From the NCBI GenBank assembly GCA_037139335.1, contig JBAXGO010000004.1, forward strand, positions 1 through 40,062: a DNA stretch of 40,062 bases, written 5' to 3'. Both the position numbers and the translations under genes were made by a program. This document shows positions 19,785-29,246 of this stretch, one piece after another. Source of the DNA: a bacterium. GTDB taxonomy: Bacteria > Patescibacteriota > Dojkabacteria > JAOAGR01 > JBAXGO01. A model generated the notes under the pieces. It was not told the DNA's origin. It ran no database searches and saw only the letters and a list, made by a program, of their open reading frames with translations. Positions within the stretch are counted from its first letter, which is position 1. Every line of letters begins with the position of its first letter.

Positions 19785-20646
19785 AATATCTACATCTCCA
19801 TTCGCTGAATTTAAGTTCTTTTTCCAAACCTTTTTCTCTGACCATGCTTACTTCTTCGCCGTCCATCATTCCGCTTATTACAGTTTTTTCTGATAATAAT
19901 AAAATATCTCTGCACATCTCGATTTCTTTTGGTCTCATATTTGCTGCAAAAACTGCCTTGCTACAATCAATTTTATCCATAGTTAGTTCATAGGTTGTTT
20001 TCAAAATTTCTTTATAATCCTGAATTACATCAGATCTTTGTTCTTCATTTAGATATGGATTAAAAACAATTGCATTCGTATTTAAATTATTTCTATAAAA
20101 ATTTTCTTTCATCGTTATTATGGCTTCGTCTTGAATTTCAAATGCAATAATATTATCTATACCTTTATAATAAACAAACATAGATAATATGCCAGATCCT
20201 GAACCTATATCTACGAATGTAGTATATTTCTTTAAAGCAGTTTTCATAGACAAAATCTTATCCAGTGCTGTTAAGGTTAATACTGTAGAAGGGTGTAATC
20301 CAATACCAAAACCTATTTTTGCTTGAAGCAATATTGTATTTTCTTCTTTACCATTCAATGTAATATTGAAGCCCGATACTGGTGTCCAATAGTCTTGTGT
20401 GTTCACAACTTCATCGCTTGAAGCAATTGAAGTTGGCTGATTTGGAATTAGCTGATTATATAATCCGATTAAATTCAAAATTTTATCCTGCTCATCATCA
20501 GTAATATCTTCGATAATGAAATACACTTTAACTTTTTCGTTTAAAGTTTTATGCTCACTTACCCGTATTTTAAAAGTTGTTATCTTCATTATTAGAAGAT
20601 GCTCGAAAAAGCCCTCGGCAATTTCTGGTGTTGTTTGTACTATCAT
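19783..20646 (-). CDS. prmA: Ribosomal protein L11 methyltransferase-like (divergent PrmA)
   Basis: GFGIGLHPST (compare FGTG.H.TT), VDIGSGSGILS SAM motif, ISG, and terminal EW. Confidence 0.72.
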   Translation of the reverse strand: MIVQTTPEIAEGFFEHLLIMKITTFKIRVSEHKTLNEKVKVYFIIEDITDDEQDKILNLIGLYNQLIPNQPTSIASSDEVVNTQDYWTPVSGFNITLNGKEENTILLQAKIGFGIGLHPSTVLTLTALDKILSMKTALKKYTTFVDIGSGSGILSMFVYYKGIDNIIAFEIQDEAIITMKENFYRNNLNTNAIVFNPYLNEEQRSDVIQDYKEILKTTYELTMDKIDCSKAVFAANMRPKEIEMCRDILLLSEKTVISGMMDGEEVSMVREKGLEKELKFSEWRCRY

Positions 20647-20647
20647 T

Positions 20648-21619
20648 TTATACTTTTTTAATTTGTGATTTCTTTTCTGTTATTTTTTCTATAACTTTTC
20701 GTAACTGTGGTCGTAGAAGTCTTCTTAGTGTTGGTAAAATTTTAACAAAATAGAAGGCAATGTTTATTAGAATAATCGAGTATATAATTGCATTATCTAT
20801 TTTACTAAAAAATAAATAAGCGAAAATTAATGAAAAAAATAATCCGTAATATATTTGTGATTTATTCTTTTTTGGAGTGGTGATAGGATCTATTAAGATT
20901 AAAAATATAGTAAAGACAAGCGTTCCTTGGAAAAACATTTCAATCAAAACACTCATGTTTTCTTTGAAATCTCTAATTTGTGTAAATAATGCATAATCTG
21001 TAATCCAAAAAATGCCCATGAAAAATATAGCTGCAGAAGCTAAGATATATCTTTTTGATTTATAAGATATGTATATTCCAGCTAATAATATTAATAAACC
21101 AGATAACATCATTTTATAATCAACTAATATTTGTTGGAAATTCATACCCCACCATGAAATTATTGGTTTCACCTCCACACCTTTGATCGTGAATATTGAA
21201 AAAAATAAAGCCACAAGTCCTACACCAATCATTGATGAATTAAAAACTGGCTTATTATCATAACGCACAAAAAGTCTTGTAAACAGCGCTAATCCACACA
21301 TAATAGATGTAATTATCGTGTTTTGTGTTGGATCTATTAATAAAAATATTATTAATGTAATTATGAAACTATTTAATAAACTTAGTCTTTTTATATTAAA
21401 AAAATTTATTAAAAGAGGGGCTAGGAATGTAATTATAAATATTAATGAGAAATGAAGAAAAATTTTATTTCCAATATTTTCTAAATTAATTTTATAAACG
21501 ATAGAAATTATTGATAAAATGCTCAAAAATATTACTGTGAATAAAGAAATATCTGAGTATAAAGTTTTGAAGTTAAAATTTATAATAGATTTATAAATAG
21601 TTGATAAAGTATTTTTCAT
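20648..21619 (-). CDS. Stand-alone RnfD/NqrB-like membrane protein
   Basis: About 10 TMs with NS.IITL, K.VFN.S and F.ILIDP.TTP motifs characteristic of the NQR2/RnfD family. Confidence 0.65.
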   Translation of the reverse strand: MKNTLSTIYKSIINFNFKTLYSDISLFTVIFLSILSIISIVYKINLENIGNKIFLHFSLIFIITFLAPLLINFFNIKRLSLLNSFIITLIIFLLIDPTQNTIITSIMCGLALFTRLFVRYDNKPVFNSSMIGVGLVALFFSIFTIKGVEVKPIISWWGMNFQQILVDYKMMLSGLLILLAGIYISYKSKRYILASAAIFFMGIFWITDYALFTQIRDFKENMSVLIEMFFQGTLVFTIFLILIDPITTPKKNKSQIYYGLFFSLIFAYLFFSKIDNAIIYSIILINIAFYFVKILPTLRRLLRPQLRKVIEKITEKKSQIKKV

Positions 21620-21831
21620 AAAATTTTGTATTTAGCTTATTATATTAGAATAATAGGGAAGTGTCATGCTAACCAAAAAGAAGGGAAATTGAGATTTGAG
21701 AATCAACAATTAAAAGTTAAGAGTTTAGAATTGGCTAGATGGTATTTAAAAAATTACTCCCGTGGAGTGGGCTTTTTAAGATCGCAGATGCCAAATGCCG
21801 CTCGCTGGGATAACAACACGAAAGTCTCGCA

Positions 21832-22863
21832 CTAACTAGAAGTATGTTTATCAAATTGGCTGTTGTTGGAATTCATTTGTAAGTAAATTGCTTCTTGTAC
21901 AATATTATCAGTATCTAATCCGTGAATTTTAAGAAGTTCCTCTGTTGTGCCAGATTCTCCAAAAAGATCATTAACTCCAATTATTTTCATTGGCACAGGA
22001 TAATTTTGTATCAAAACTTCAGACACAGCAGAACCTAATCCTCCATTTATTTGATGATCTTCAATAGTAATTACATGTCCAGTTTCTACTGCTGCTTTTA
22101 CCAACAAATCTGAATCAATTGGCTTAATTGTATGTAAATTTATCACCTTAGTTGAAATACCTTTCTTTTCCAAAATCATTGCTGCTTCAATAGCTTTATA
22201 AAGCATTAATCCGCAGCTAATCAATGTTATATCTCTACCTTCTTTAATAATATTGCCTTTACCGATTTCAAAATTATAAATATTATCAATTAATAAACTA
22301 TCTGAACCAATTTCTGAATTATCTATATATGATTTAATTATACTTTCTAAACTTTGTATCGGATCTCGTCTGATTCTGAAATATACTGGTCCTTTGTGAT
22401 TATATCCGGCTTTGATCGCTATAGAAGTTTGAATGTAATCGGCAGTATCAATAACTACCATGTTTGGTAAAACTCTCATTAAAGCTATATCTTCCAATGC
22501 TTGATGCGTAGCTCCGTCTTTGCCGTTTGAAAAACCAACGTAGCCACCAATGATTTTTACGTTTGCATTGTTATAGGCTACAGATACTCTGATTTGATCC
22601 CAGTTTCTACCAGGATTAAATACTGCGAATGACGCAACGAATGGAATCCTTCCGTCCAATGCCATTCCTGCTGCTATGCCCATCATATTTTGTTCTGCGA
22701 CACCAACATCAAAAAATCTATCTTGGAACATATCGCGGAATTTAGTTAACTTTAATGACTCGGCAAGATCTGCTGTTATAGCAACTATATTATTATCATT
22801 TGCTCCTAGTTCTATAATTGTATCTCCGAAAGATTCTCTCGTTGATTTATATGTTAAATCCAA
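21832..22863 (-). CDS. Transketolase C-terminal subunit (pyrimidine-binding and C-terminal domains)
   Basis: ADLAES, DVGVAEQNM..IAAG, DGATHQALED, TIKPID, EDH..NGGLGSAV, FGESG. TTG start. Confidence 0.92.
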   Translation of the reverse strand: MDLTYKSTRESFGDTIIELGANDNNIVAITADLAESLKLTKFRDMFQDRFFDVGVAEQNMMGIAAGMALDGRIPFVASFAVFNPGRNWDQIRVSVAYNNANVKIIGGYVGFSNGKDGATHQALEDIALMRVLPNMVVIDTADYIQTSIAIKAGYNHKGPVYFRIRRDPIQSLESIIKSYIDNSEIGSDSLLIDNIYNFEIGKGNIIKEGRDITLISCGLMLYKAIEAAMILEKKGISTKVINLHTIKPIDSDLLVKAAVETGHVITIEDHQINGGLGSAVSEVLIQNYPVPMKIIGVNDLFGESGTTEELLKIHGLDTDNIVQEAIYLQMNSNNSQFDKHTSS

Positions 22864-23018
22864 AATATTTTTTTAAAATTTATCGTAATTCATAATACTA
22901 TTATATATACAAACTTTAAACATTGAATAAAATCTTTATATTCATTATATTTAAATAAATTAAATAACATATAGTAGTATATGTACGTATTTTCTAATTT
23001 AAATAATTAAATTGTAAG

Positions 23019-25214
23019 ATGCCGAATTACCAAAGTCCAAGCGTGTTTCCTGGCTATCAAAATAATCCCTTACAACAGAACAATCAGTTTATTCCTCAGC
23101 AGAATTATCAACAAGTACCTCAACAAAATCCGCAAATTAATTTATCTAAGTTAGCTAATAAAATTAAATTATTGAAGCTTACATCTGCATTATTATCATT
23201 TCTTCTAATTGCATCGATTATTTTAACTTCTGTTCTAATACTTAGTAATGGCACATTAATAAATAATAATAAGGCTGCGGTAAATACATTTGATAATTTA
23301 ATAAATCCTGCTGTTTCAAATTTGGATTTAAATTCAAATAATAAAACATATTTTTTCGAACTAGGAAATTATGAATTCACATATGATTCAGCTTTGTGGG
23401 CACTTCCAGCTATCGTCGACGGACAAGTTGTATTAAGCGAAAAGTCAGATAATATTGTGGCTGTAAGTACATCCGTATTAGCTTCTCGAAAAGTGTATTT
23501 CTCATCAGAGCCAAAGAATAATAGAAGTATTGATGATTATTATAATATTAAAAAACAGGAAATTCTCTCTAATGGTTCTAAATTTATTGAGGAAGGAGTA
23601 TTAAAAGTTAATGGAAATAATTATAAATACATAAGTACTGAGACTTCTAAGTTTGCTAAATCTGTTGCGAATAAAAGTTTATATGATACGTATTATTTTG
23701 TTCAAGATAATGATCTTTTTTATATTGTAAATCTTCATACTGTAAATCAAATAAGTGGAGCAAATCAGCTTGTAAATACAATATTAGTTTCTTTAAAGTA
23801 TACAACTTCTGCTAATTCAGGTGCTGTGAAAGGAGCTTCGGATCAAGGTGCTGTTGATGCATCGGAAAAAGCAATTGTATCAACAAGAAGTAGTGTTTAT
23901 CGAATTTATAATAAATCTTGTGGATCTTATTCATTTAATTCTGTTTCTAATCTTCCAGCGTATAACAAAGCTTTTGGCGGTAAAACAATTTCGGATTGTA
24001 TTGGTAGTACAGGTACAGGATTTGTCATAGATGATAAATGTCATTTAGGAACAAATGGTCATGTTGTCGTTTCTGATGTTGAATCAAATTTCATATCTCA
24101 GATTGCATCATCTCAAGATGCTTATAATGTTTTTGTCTCTGATTTTCTTCAATTGGCAGTAACTAATGGCGATATTACATCTCAACAAGCAAGTAAATTT
24201 ATCTCAAATCCTAATGATAAAGATTTGCAAGGCTATGTCTTTAATTTTGTTTATGAACTTTTGCAGAATAAAGTTATTGATTATAAATTTAGCGAACCAA
24301 AAATTTTTGTTCAAAAATTGGATGTCCCTTTAGATCACACAACATTCTTTGATGAAAAAACTGCGGCGACAGAAGAAAAAAAGGCTATACCAGCTAAAGT
24401 ATTGGCTATGGATTTTGATCCCAAAGCTTTGATTACTGGTAAATTTACAACATCAGATGTAGCAATCATTACAGCTGATACGAAATGCGATACATTATTA
24501 GAGTCCAAGTTAGGAGATATAAATAATGTAACATCAGGATCATCACTTCTTGTTGTTGGATTTCCAGGCACTGGAACAGATGATATTTTGAATCAAGGCT
24601 TATCTGATTTATCTTCTACTTCTCAACAGACTATTACTCGTGGTGTCTTGAGTGCTATCAAGAAAGATCAATCTGGTCATACATTAATTCAGACTGATGC
24701 ATCCGTTAATCATGGCAATAGCGGTGGTCCTTGTTATGATATTAATGGTAATGTGGTTGGAATTGCATCGATGATAAGTGGCGATACATATGGAGCAATT
24801 AATTTTTGTCGAGATATTAAAGATTTAGTAAGCTTAATGGATAAGAATAATCTTAAGAATGATTTGAATAATGTTACAAATCTATGGGTAAGTGGTGTGA
24901 ATGCATATTACGAAAAAAAATATTATTCAGCCTTGGATAATTTTGCTAAAGTAGAAGTCATAAATCCTGCTATTCAGGATTTGGATAAATTAACTAAGTC
25001 AGCAACAGACAATAAGGCAAATGCAATTGATAGTGCGGATAATAAAAAAACAGACAATAAGAATGATGGAACTTTAATTGCAGGTATAGTAAGCGGATCC
25101 ATTACAGGAGTTATTTTTATAGCATTATTAATAGTATTAATAATGTTAGTTACTAATAAAAGTAAGTATAAGAAATTAGTTGCGATGTATTATCCTCAGC
25201 CGAGGTACAATTAA
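23019..25214 (+). CDS. Membrane-anchored trypsin-like serine protease (S1C/HtrA-like, no PDZ)
   Basis: GTGFVI, TNGHVV (His), SDVAII (Asp), IQTDASVNHGNSGGP (Ser). TM near each terminus and a Q/N/P-rich N-tail. Confidence 0.88.
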   Translation: MPNYQSPSVFPGYQNNPLQQNNQFIPQQNYQQVPQQNPQINLSKLANKIKLLKLTSALLSFLLIASIILTSVLILSNGTLINNNKAAVNTFDNLINPAVSNLDLNSNNKTYFFELGNYEFTYDSALWALPAIVDGQVVLSEKSDNIVAVSTSVLASRKVYFSSEPKNNRSIDDYYNIKKQEILSNGSKFIEEGVLKVNGNNYKYISTETSKFAKSVANKSLYDTYYFVQDNDLFYIVNLHTVNQISGANQLVNTILVSLKYTTSANSGAVKGASDQGAVDASEKAIVSTRSSVYRIYNKSCGSYSFNSVSNLPAYNKAFGGKTISDCIGSTGTGFVIDDKCHLGTNGHVVVSDVESNFISQIASSQDAYNVFVSDFLQLAVTNGDITSQQASKFISNPNDKDLQGYVFNFVYELLQNKVIDYKFSEPKIFVQKLDVPLDHTTFFDEKTAATEEKKAIPAKVLAMDFDPKALITGKFTTSDVAIITADTKCDTLLESKLGDINNVTSGSSLLVVGFPGTGTDDILNQGLSDLSSTSQQTITRGVLSAIKKDQSGHTLIQTDASVNHGNSGGPCYDINGNVVGIASMISGDTYGAINFCRDIKDLVSLMDKNNLKNDLNNVTNLWVSGVNAYYEKKYYSALDNFAKVEVINPAIQDLDKLTKSATDNKANAIDSADNKKTDNKNDGTLIAGIVSGSITGVIFIALLIVLIMLVTNKSKYKKLVAMYYPQPRYN

Positions 25215-25244
25215 AGGGAAATTATTTTCTCTCACCGTCACGAT

Positions 25245-25715
25245 AACTTCCCCCTCTTAATATAAGAGGGGGCGCTTCTTAGGCAGAGCCTGCCTGAGTT
25301 TATCGAAAGGTTTAGTATTTTTTAGTTTAAATAAATAAAATAATTCGAGCTATCACTTCATAAAAGGTGAGAATGTGAAAAAAACAATAACCTCTCTGTC
25401 ACGCTGAGCGTGACATCTCCCCTTTTATAAAAGGGGAGAATATACTGAACACACCCCGCCTTCGGCACCCCTCTTAATAGAGGGGACTAGGAGAGAGAAA
25501 ATGAACACACCCCGCCTTCGGCACACCTCTTCCGAGCATCTGTCATTCCTGCGAAAGCAGGAATCCATGTACTCTTGTTGTCACCCTGAGCCCTTCGATA
25601 AACTCAGGACAAGCTCTGTCGAACCATGATGTTGTATTTTTCCGACAGTCACCCTTCTCAGAAATAGGCTAAAAGTCGTTGGCTTAGAAAAAGAAAGTAT
25701 TGAATAAACAATTAT
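25245..25715. repeat. REP-like hairpin mosaic V (convergent intergenic region)
   Basis: CCCCTCTTAATATAAGAGGGG hairpin, two TGAACACACCCCGCCTTCGGCAC copies (25446 and 25502), TGTCATTCCTGCGAAAGCAGGAATCCA at 25541-25567, nested element at 25579-25626. Confidence 0.88.
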
Positions 25716-25776
25716 TAACTATATATCGCTTATTATAAAGAGCTTATTCGATTTTGTAATTTGGAATTGTGAAAAA

Positions 25777-26415
25777 TTAGCTGACGATTCTTTTTACCAT
25801 TGTGGCTTCGACATCTGATAGAGGAATATATATCCCTTCAGATATTTGCGTGACTTTACCTTGTTTTCTAGGTGCTTCCATATATGCTAACTTTTGTTTT
25901 AGTACCTCGATTATTTTTGGCTTATCTTCTGAAGAAAATAAAAATAACAATCGAGTAGGTGATGTTATATTTGTATCAATGTTCAAAACTTCTCTTCCAT
26001 TTTTGAAAGATATCCAATAGTCTTTCATCATGTCCCATGTGTACAATTCACCTAAAGTTCTAATGCCTAGAGTTGTAATCTGGTGCTCAGTTTCTTCTGG
26101 TGGTACAACAGACGAAACATACAGTACAAAAAGAATTGAAAGAATAACTAGTATCAATACATATTCTTTAATATAGAGTAAAAATACCGCACTTATTAAA
26201 AATATCAATAATATAGTTAAATACCACTGTTTATCTCTTTTCAAATAAAGTCTAGTCGGAGCTTTCCATTTAAACAATAAGTTTTCTTCTCGATCTCCAG
26301 CTATTAACGCAGTTGTTACTTTATTAGCTCTTTCAAGTTTCGATTGTAGGTCATCTATTTGCTTTTTTAGAGCTTGAATATCTTGCGTTGAAGCAGCTTG
26401 GTTATTTGTTGGCAT
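25777..26415 (-). CDS. Two-TM membrane protein with N-terminal coiled coil (W.AP...K...W type common in CPR genomes)
   Basis: Likely ATG at 26415 (MPTNNQ). LFKWKAP..R.K.W, two TMs, then a GI..Y.W PH-like C-terminal domain. Confidence 0.7.
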   Translation of the reverse strand: MPTNNQAASTQDIQALKKQIDDLQSKLERANKVTTALIAGDREENLLFKWKAPTRLYLKRDKQWYLTILLIFLISAVFLLYIKEYVLILVILSILFVLYVSSVVPPEETEHQITTLGIRTLGELYTWDMMKDYWISFKNGREVLNIDTNITSPTRLLFLFSSEDKPKIIEVLKQKLAYMEAPRKQGKVTQISEGIYIPLSDVEATMVKRIVS

Positions 26416-26469
26416 TCTTAAAATCAATCTGAATAATAATAGTGCATATTTACTTTATAGGCAAATATT

Positions 26470-29160
26470 TCACGAAACTAATTTTTTCTTAATTTCTTCT
26501 AATTTTATTAACGCATTTACAGGGGTTAAACTGTTGATATCGATGTCTTTAATATATTTAATAATATCATTTTCTTCGTTCAATATTTTATCTTTCGCAA
26601 CTGGTTTTTCTTCTTTAATTTTATTTTTATCTTTTGGAACAAATTCCCATAATCCCATTTGTCTTTCTATTTCAATCGAGTCTTTATCATTATCTCCAAC
26701 TTCAAGTTTAGTCAGTACCTCTGTAGCTTTATCCAAAACTTCTTGTGGCAATCCAGCTAATTTAGCTACATGAATACCGAAAGATTTTTCTGCTTTTCCC
26801 CTTTTTATTTTTCGTAAAAATACTACTTCACCATCATCTTCACTGATTGCGACTGTATAATTGCTCATACGATTTAATTCTCCTTCCAATACTGTTAATT
26901 CATGATAGTGCGTAGCGAAAAGTGTTTTTGCCCTTATATGTTCATGCATATAATAAACTATGGCCCATGCAATCGACATTCCATCGTATGTGCTTGTCCC
27001 TCTGCCGATTTCATCAAGAATTACTAATGATTTTTCTGTTGCATTTCTGAGTATGTTCGCAGCTTCTGTCATTTCTACCATGAATGTACTTTCTCCTTTT
27101 GAAATATCATCTGATGCTCCAACTCTTGTGAATATGCTGTCGATAACTCCAATTGTGCATTCCTTCGCAGGGACATAACATCCTATATGAGCCATGTAAG
27201 CTATCAATGCAACCATTCTAATATATGTAGATTTACCGCCCATATTTGGACCAGTTATTAAAATCATTTCACCGCTTTGAATGTGAATGTCATTATATAT
27301 GTATGTTTCTTTAGTTATTCTTTCAATCATAGGATGTCTGGCATCTATGGCATGTATTTCTGCTGATTTCTTTTCTTCATTTGTGAAGTTGGGGAAGCAG
27401 TAATTATTCATTTGAGATGCAGTAGTCAAAGAAACATATACATCTAATTCAGATAATGAATTTTGAAGAATAATAATTTCGTTGGTATATTTTTTTGTCT
27501 TTTCAATTAATTCTTTATAAAGTTCATTTTCTAGCTCAATAACTCTATCCTTTGCACCAAGAATCATTGACTCTTTTTCTTTTAACTCTGTTGTAATATA
27601 TCTTTCTCCATTTACTGTAGTTTGTTTCCTGATATATGTTTCGGGTACTTTACTAATTTGCCCTTTGGAAACTTCCAAAAAATACCCAAATACGCGATTA
27701 TATTTAACTCTCAGAGTATTGATACCAGTTTTTTGCTGTTCCATAATTTCCAGATTGCGTAACCATTTTTTGCTATCTGATGTAATTTGTCTCAGATCGT
27801 CTAATTCGCTACTAACGCCATCTTTTATGAAATGTCCATCTTTCACAGCAGAGGGAGCTGGATCAATAAGTGATTTTCTAATTATATCGATTAATTCGCT
27901 TAACTTCTTTGTCGAATCTGAAATTGAAAATTTTATTTTTTCAATGTTATTGCCTCTTGTATCAGGCAAATAATCAGGAAGTTTAGATGCATATTCGATT
28001 GATTGTGCTAATGAAATCAAATCTCTTGGTGAAACACTATTAAAACTAATTCTGGCACAAACTCTTTCCAAATCGTAAATATGACTCAACTGACTGATTA
28101 TTTCAGTATTATCATTTGAATATAAATATTTTATAGAATTTAATCTTTCAGTAATCATTGAATATTCAGATAGTGGCGCTGTTATCCAGTCTTTTAAAAG
28201 CCTCTTTCCGCCTCGTGTATGCGTATTATCCAAAATCTGCATTAAAGATGTTCCTCCTGGAGTAGATGGAGAAACTATTTCCAAATTTCTAATTGTATTG
28301 CTATCAACACGCATTCTGGAATTCAATACCTTGTGCTGAATAGTATGTATGTGTGAAAGTGAAGAGTGCTGTGTTTGCTCAATATAGTTAAAACAAGCAT
28401 TCGCAGCTAGTATTTCTTGTTCTGTTTCTATCCCATAGGCTCTCAAAGATTTTACTTTAAAATGTTTCAAAGTATTTTCACTGTTAATAAAACTTGCCTT
28501 ATCAACTGTAGTAATTGACTGAGGATTTTTAGATATGAAATTTAGACTCATTATATTATTCAATAAAATCGTCTGAATCAAAACTTCTGATGGGTTTAAC
28601 CTAAATAATTCATTGTCTAATTGTTGAATAGATTCAAAAGTTGTTGTCCAAAAATTTGATCCATTCGGATCTATACAGGAGAAACTTATTTCTAATTTGA
28701 CTGACTTATCTTTGGAAACTATAAATTCTTTCGTATTATCTAAACTTATGCTGACTAAAAAGTGCGCATTATAGTCACTTTCTCTTTCATAAGTTGATGG
28801 TGTAACTATTTTTGCTAGATTTCTATGGATAACTATTTTAGTTTTTCCTGAAGTTTCATCAACTACTTTTGTTTCTTCTTGTTCTGCAATTGCTACTTTA
28901 TATCCAGCATCAATTAATTTTCCTAGATATGCTTCCAGAGCATGATAGGGAAGTCCAGCCATTGGAGTTTTGTTAGGGCCTTTGTCTCTGGATGTGAGAG
29001 CAATGTCCAGAACCCTGGAAATAGTTACCGCATCTTCAAAAAATGCTTCGTAAAAATCTCCCATTCTATAAAGTAAAACTGTTGTTGGATTTTCTTCTTT
29101 TAATTGTTTATATCTGAGTAATGCTGGTGTCACTTTTTCTAATAAATTTTCAAATTTCAA
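26470..29160 (-). CDS. mutS: DNA mismatch repair protein MutS
   Basis: YRMGDFYE.F.EDA, TGPNMGGKSTY.R, FTRVGASDD...GESTFMVEM, DEIGRGTST.DG, FATHYHEL. Confidence 0.97.
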   Translation of the reverse strand: MKFENLLEKVTPALLRYKQLKEENPTTVLLYRMGDFYEAFFEDAVTISRVLDIALTSRDKGPNKTPMAGLPYHALEAYLGKLIDAGYKVAIAEQEETKVVDETSGKTKIVIHRNLAKIVTPSTYERESDYNAHFLVSISLDNTKEFIVSKDKSVKLEISFSCIDPNGSNFWTTTFESIQQLDNELFRLNPSEVLIQTILLNNIMSLNFISKNPQSITTVDKASFINSENTLKHFKVKSLRAYGIETEQEILAANACFNYIEQTQHSSLSHIHTIQHKVLNSRMRVDSNTIRNLEIVSPSTPGGTSLMQILDNTHTRGGKRLLKDWITAPLSEYSMITERLNSIKYLYSNDNTEIISQLSHIYDLERVCARISFNSVSPRDLISLAQSIEYASKLPDYLPDTRGNNIEKIKFSISDSTKKLSELIDIIRKSLIDPAPSAVKDGHFIKDGVSSELDDLRQITSDSKKWLRNLEIMEQQKTGINTLRVKYNRVFGYFLEVSKGQISKVPETYIRKQTTVNGERYITTELKEKESMILGAKDRVIELENELYKELIEKTKKYTNEIIILQNSLSELDVYVSLTTASQMNNYCFPNFTNEEKKSAEIHAIDARHPMIERITKETYIYNDIHIQSGEMILITGPNMGGKSTYIRMVALIAYMAHIGCYVPAKECTIGVIDSIFTRVGASDDISKGESTFMVEMTEAANILRNATEKSLVILDEIGRGTSTYDGMSIAWAIVYYMHEHIRAKTLFATHYHELTVLEGELNRMSNYTVAISEDDGEVVFLRKIKRGKAEKSFGIHVAKLAGLPQEVLDKATEVLTKLEVGDNDKDSIEIERQMGLWEFVPKDKNKIKEEKPVAKDKILNEENDIIKYIKDIDINSLTPVNALIKLEEIKKKLVS

Positions 29161-29184
29161 TTCATAGTTTATCTATGGGGGATT

Positions 29185-29193
29185 ATTATATCA
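29185..29193 (-). promoter_or_regulatory. Extended -10 promoter of mutS
   Basis: TGATATAAT on the minus strand, 24 nt upstream of the TTG start. Confidence 0.5.
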
Positions 29194-29246
29194 ATAATTA
29201 TTGTGAAAGCATCATATTGAAATTGAATATTTCCAAACTTTTATTT

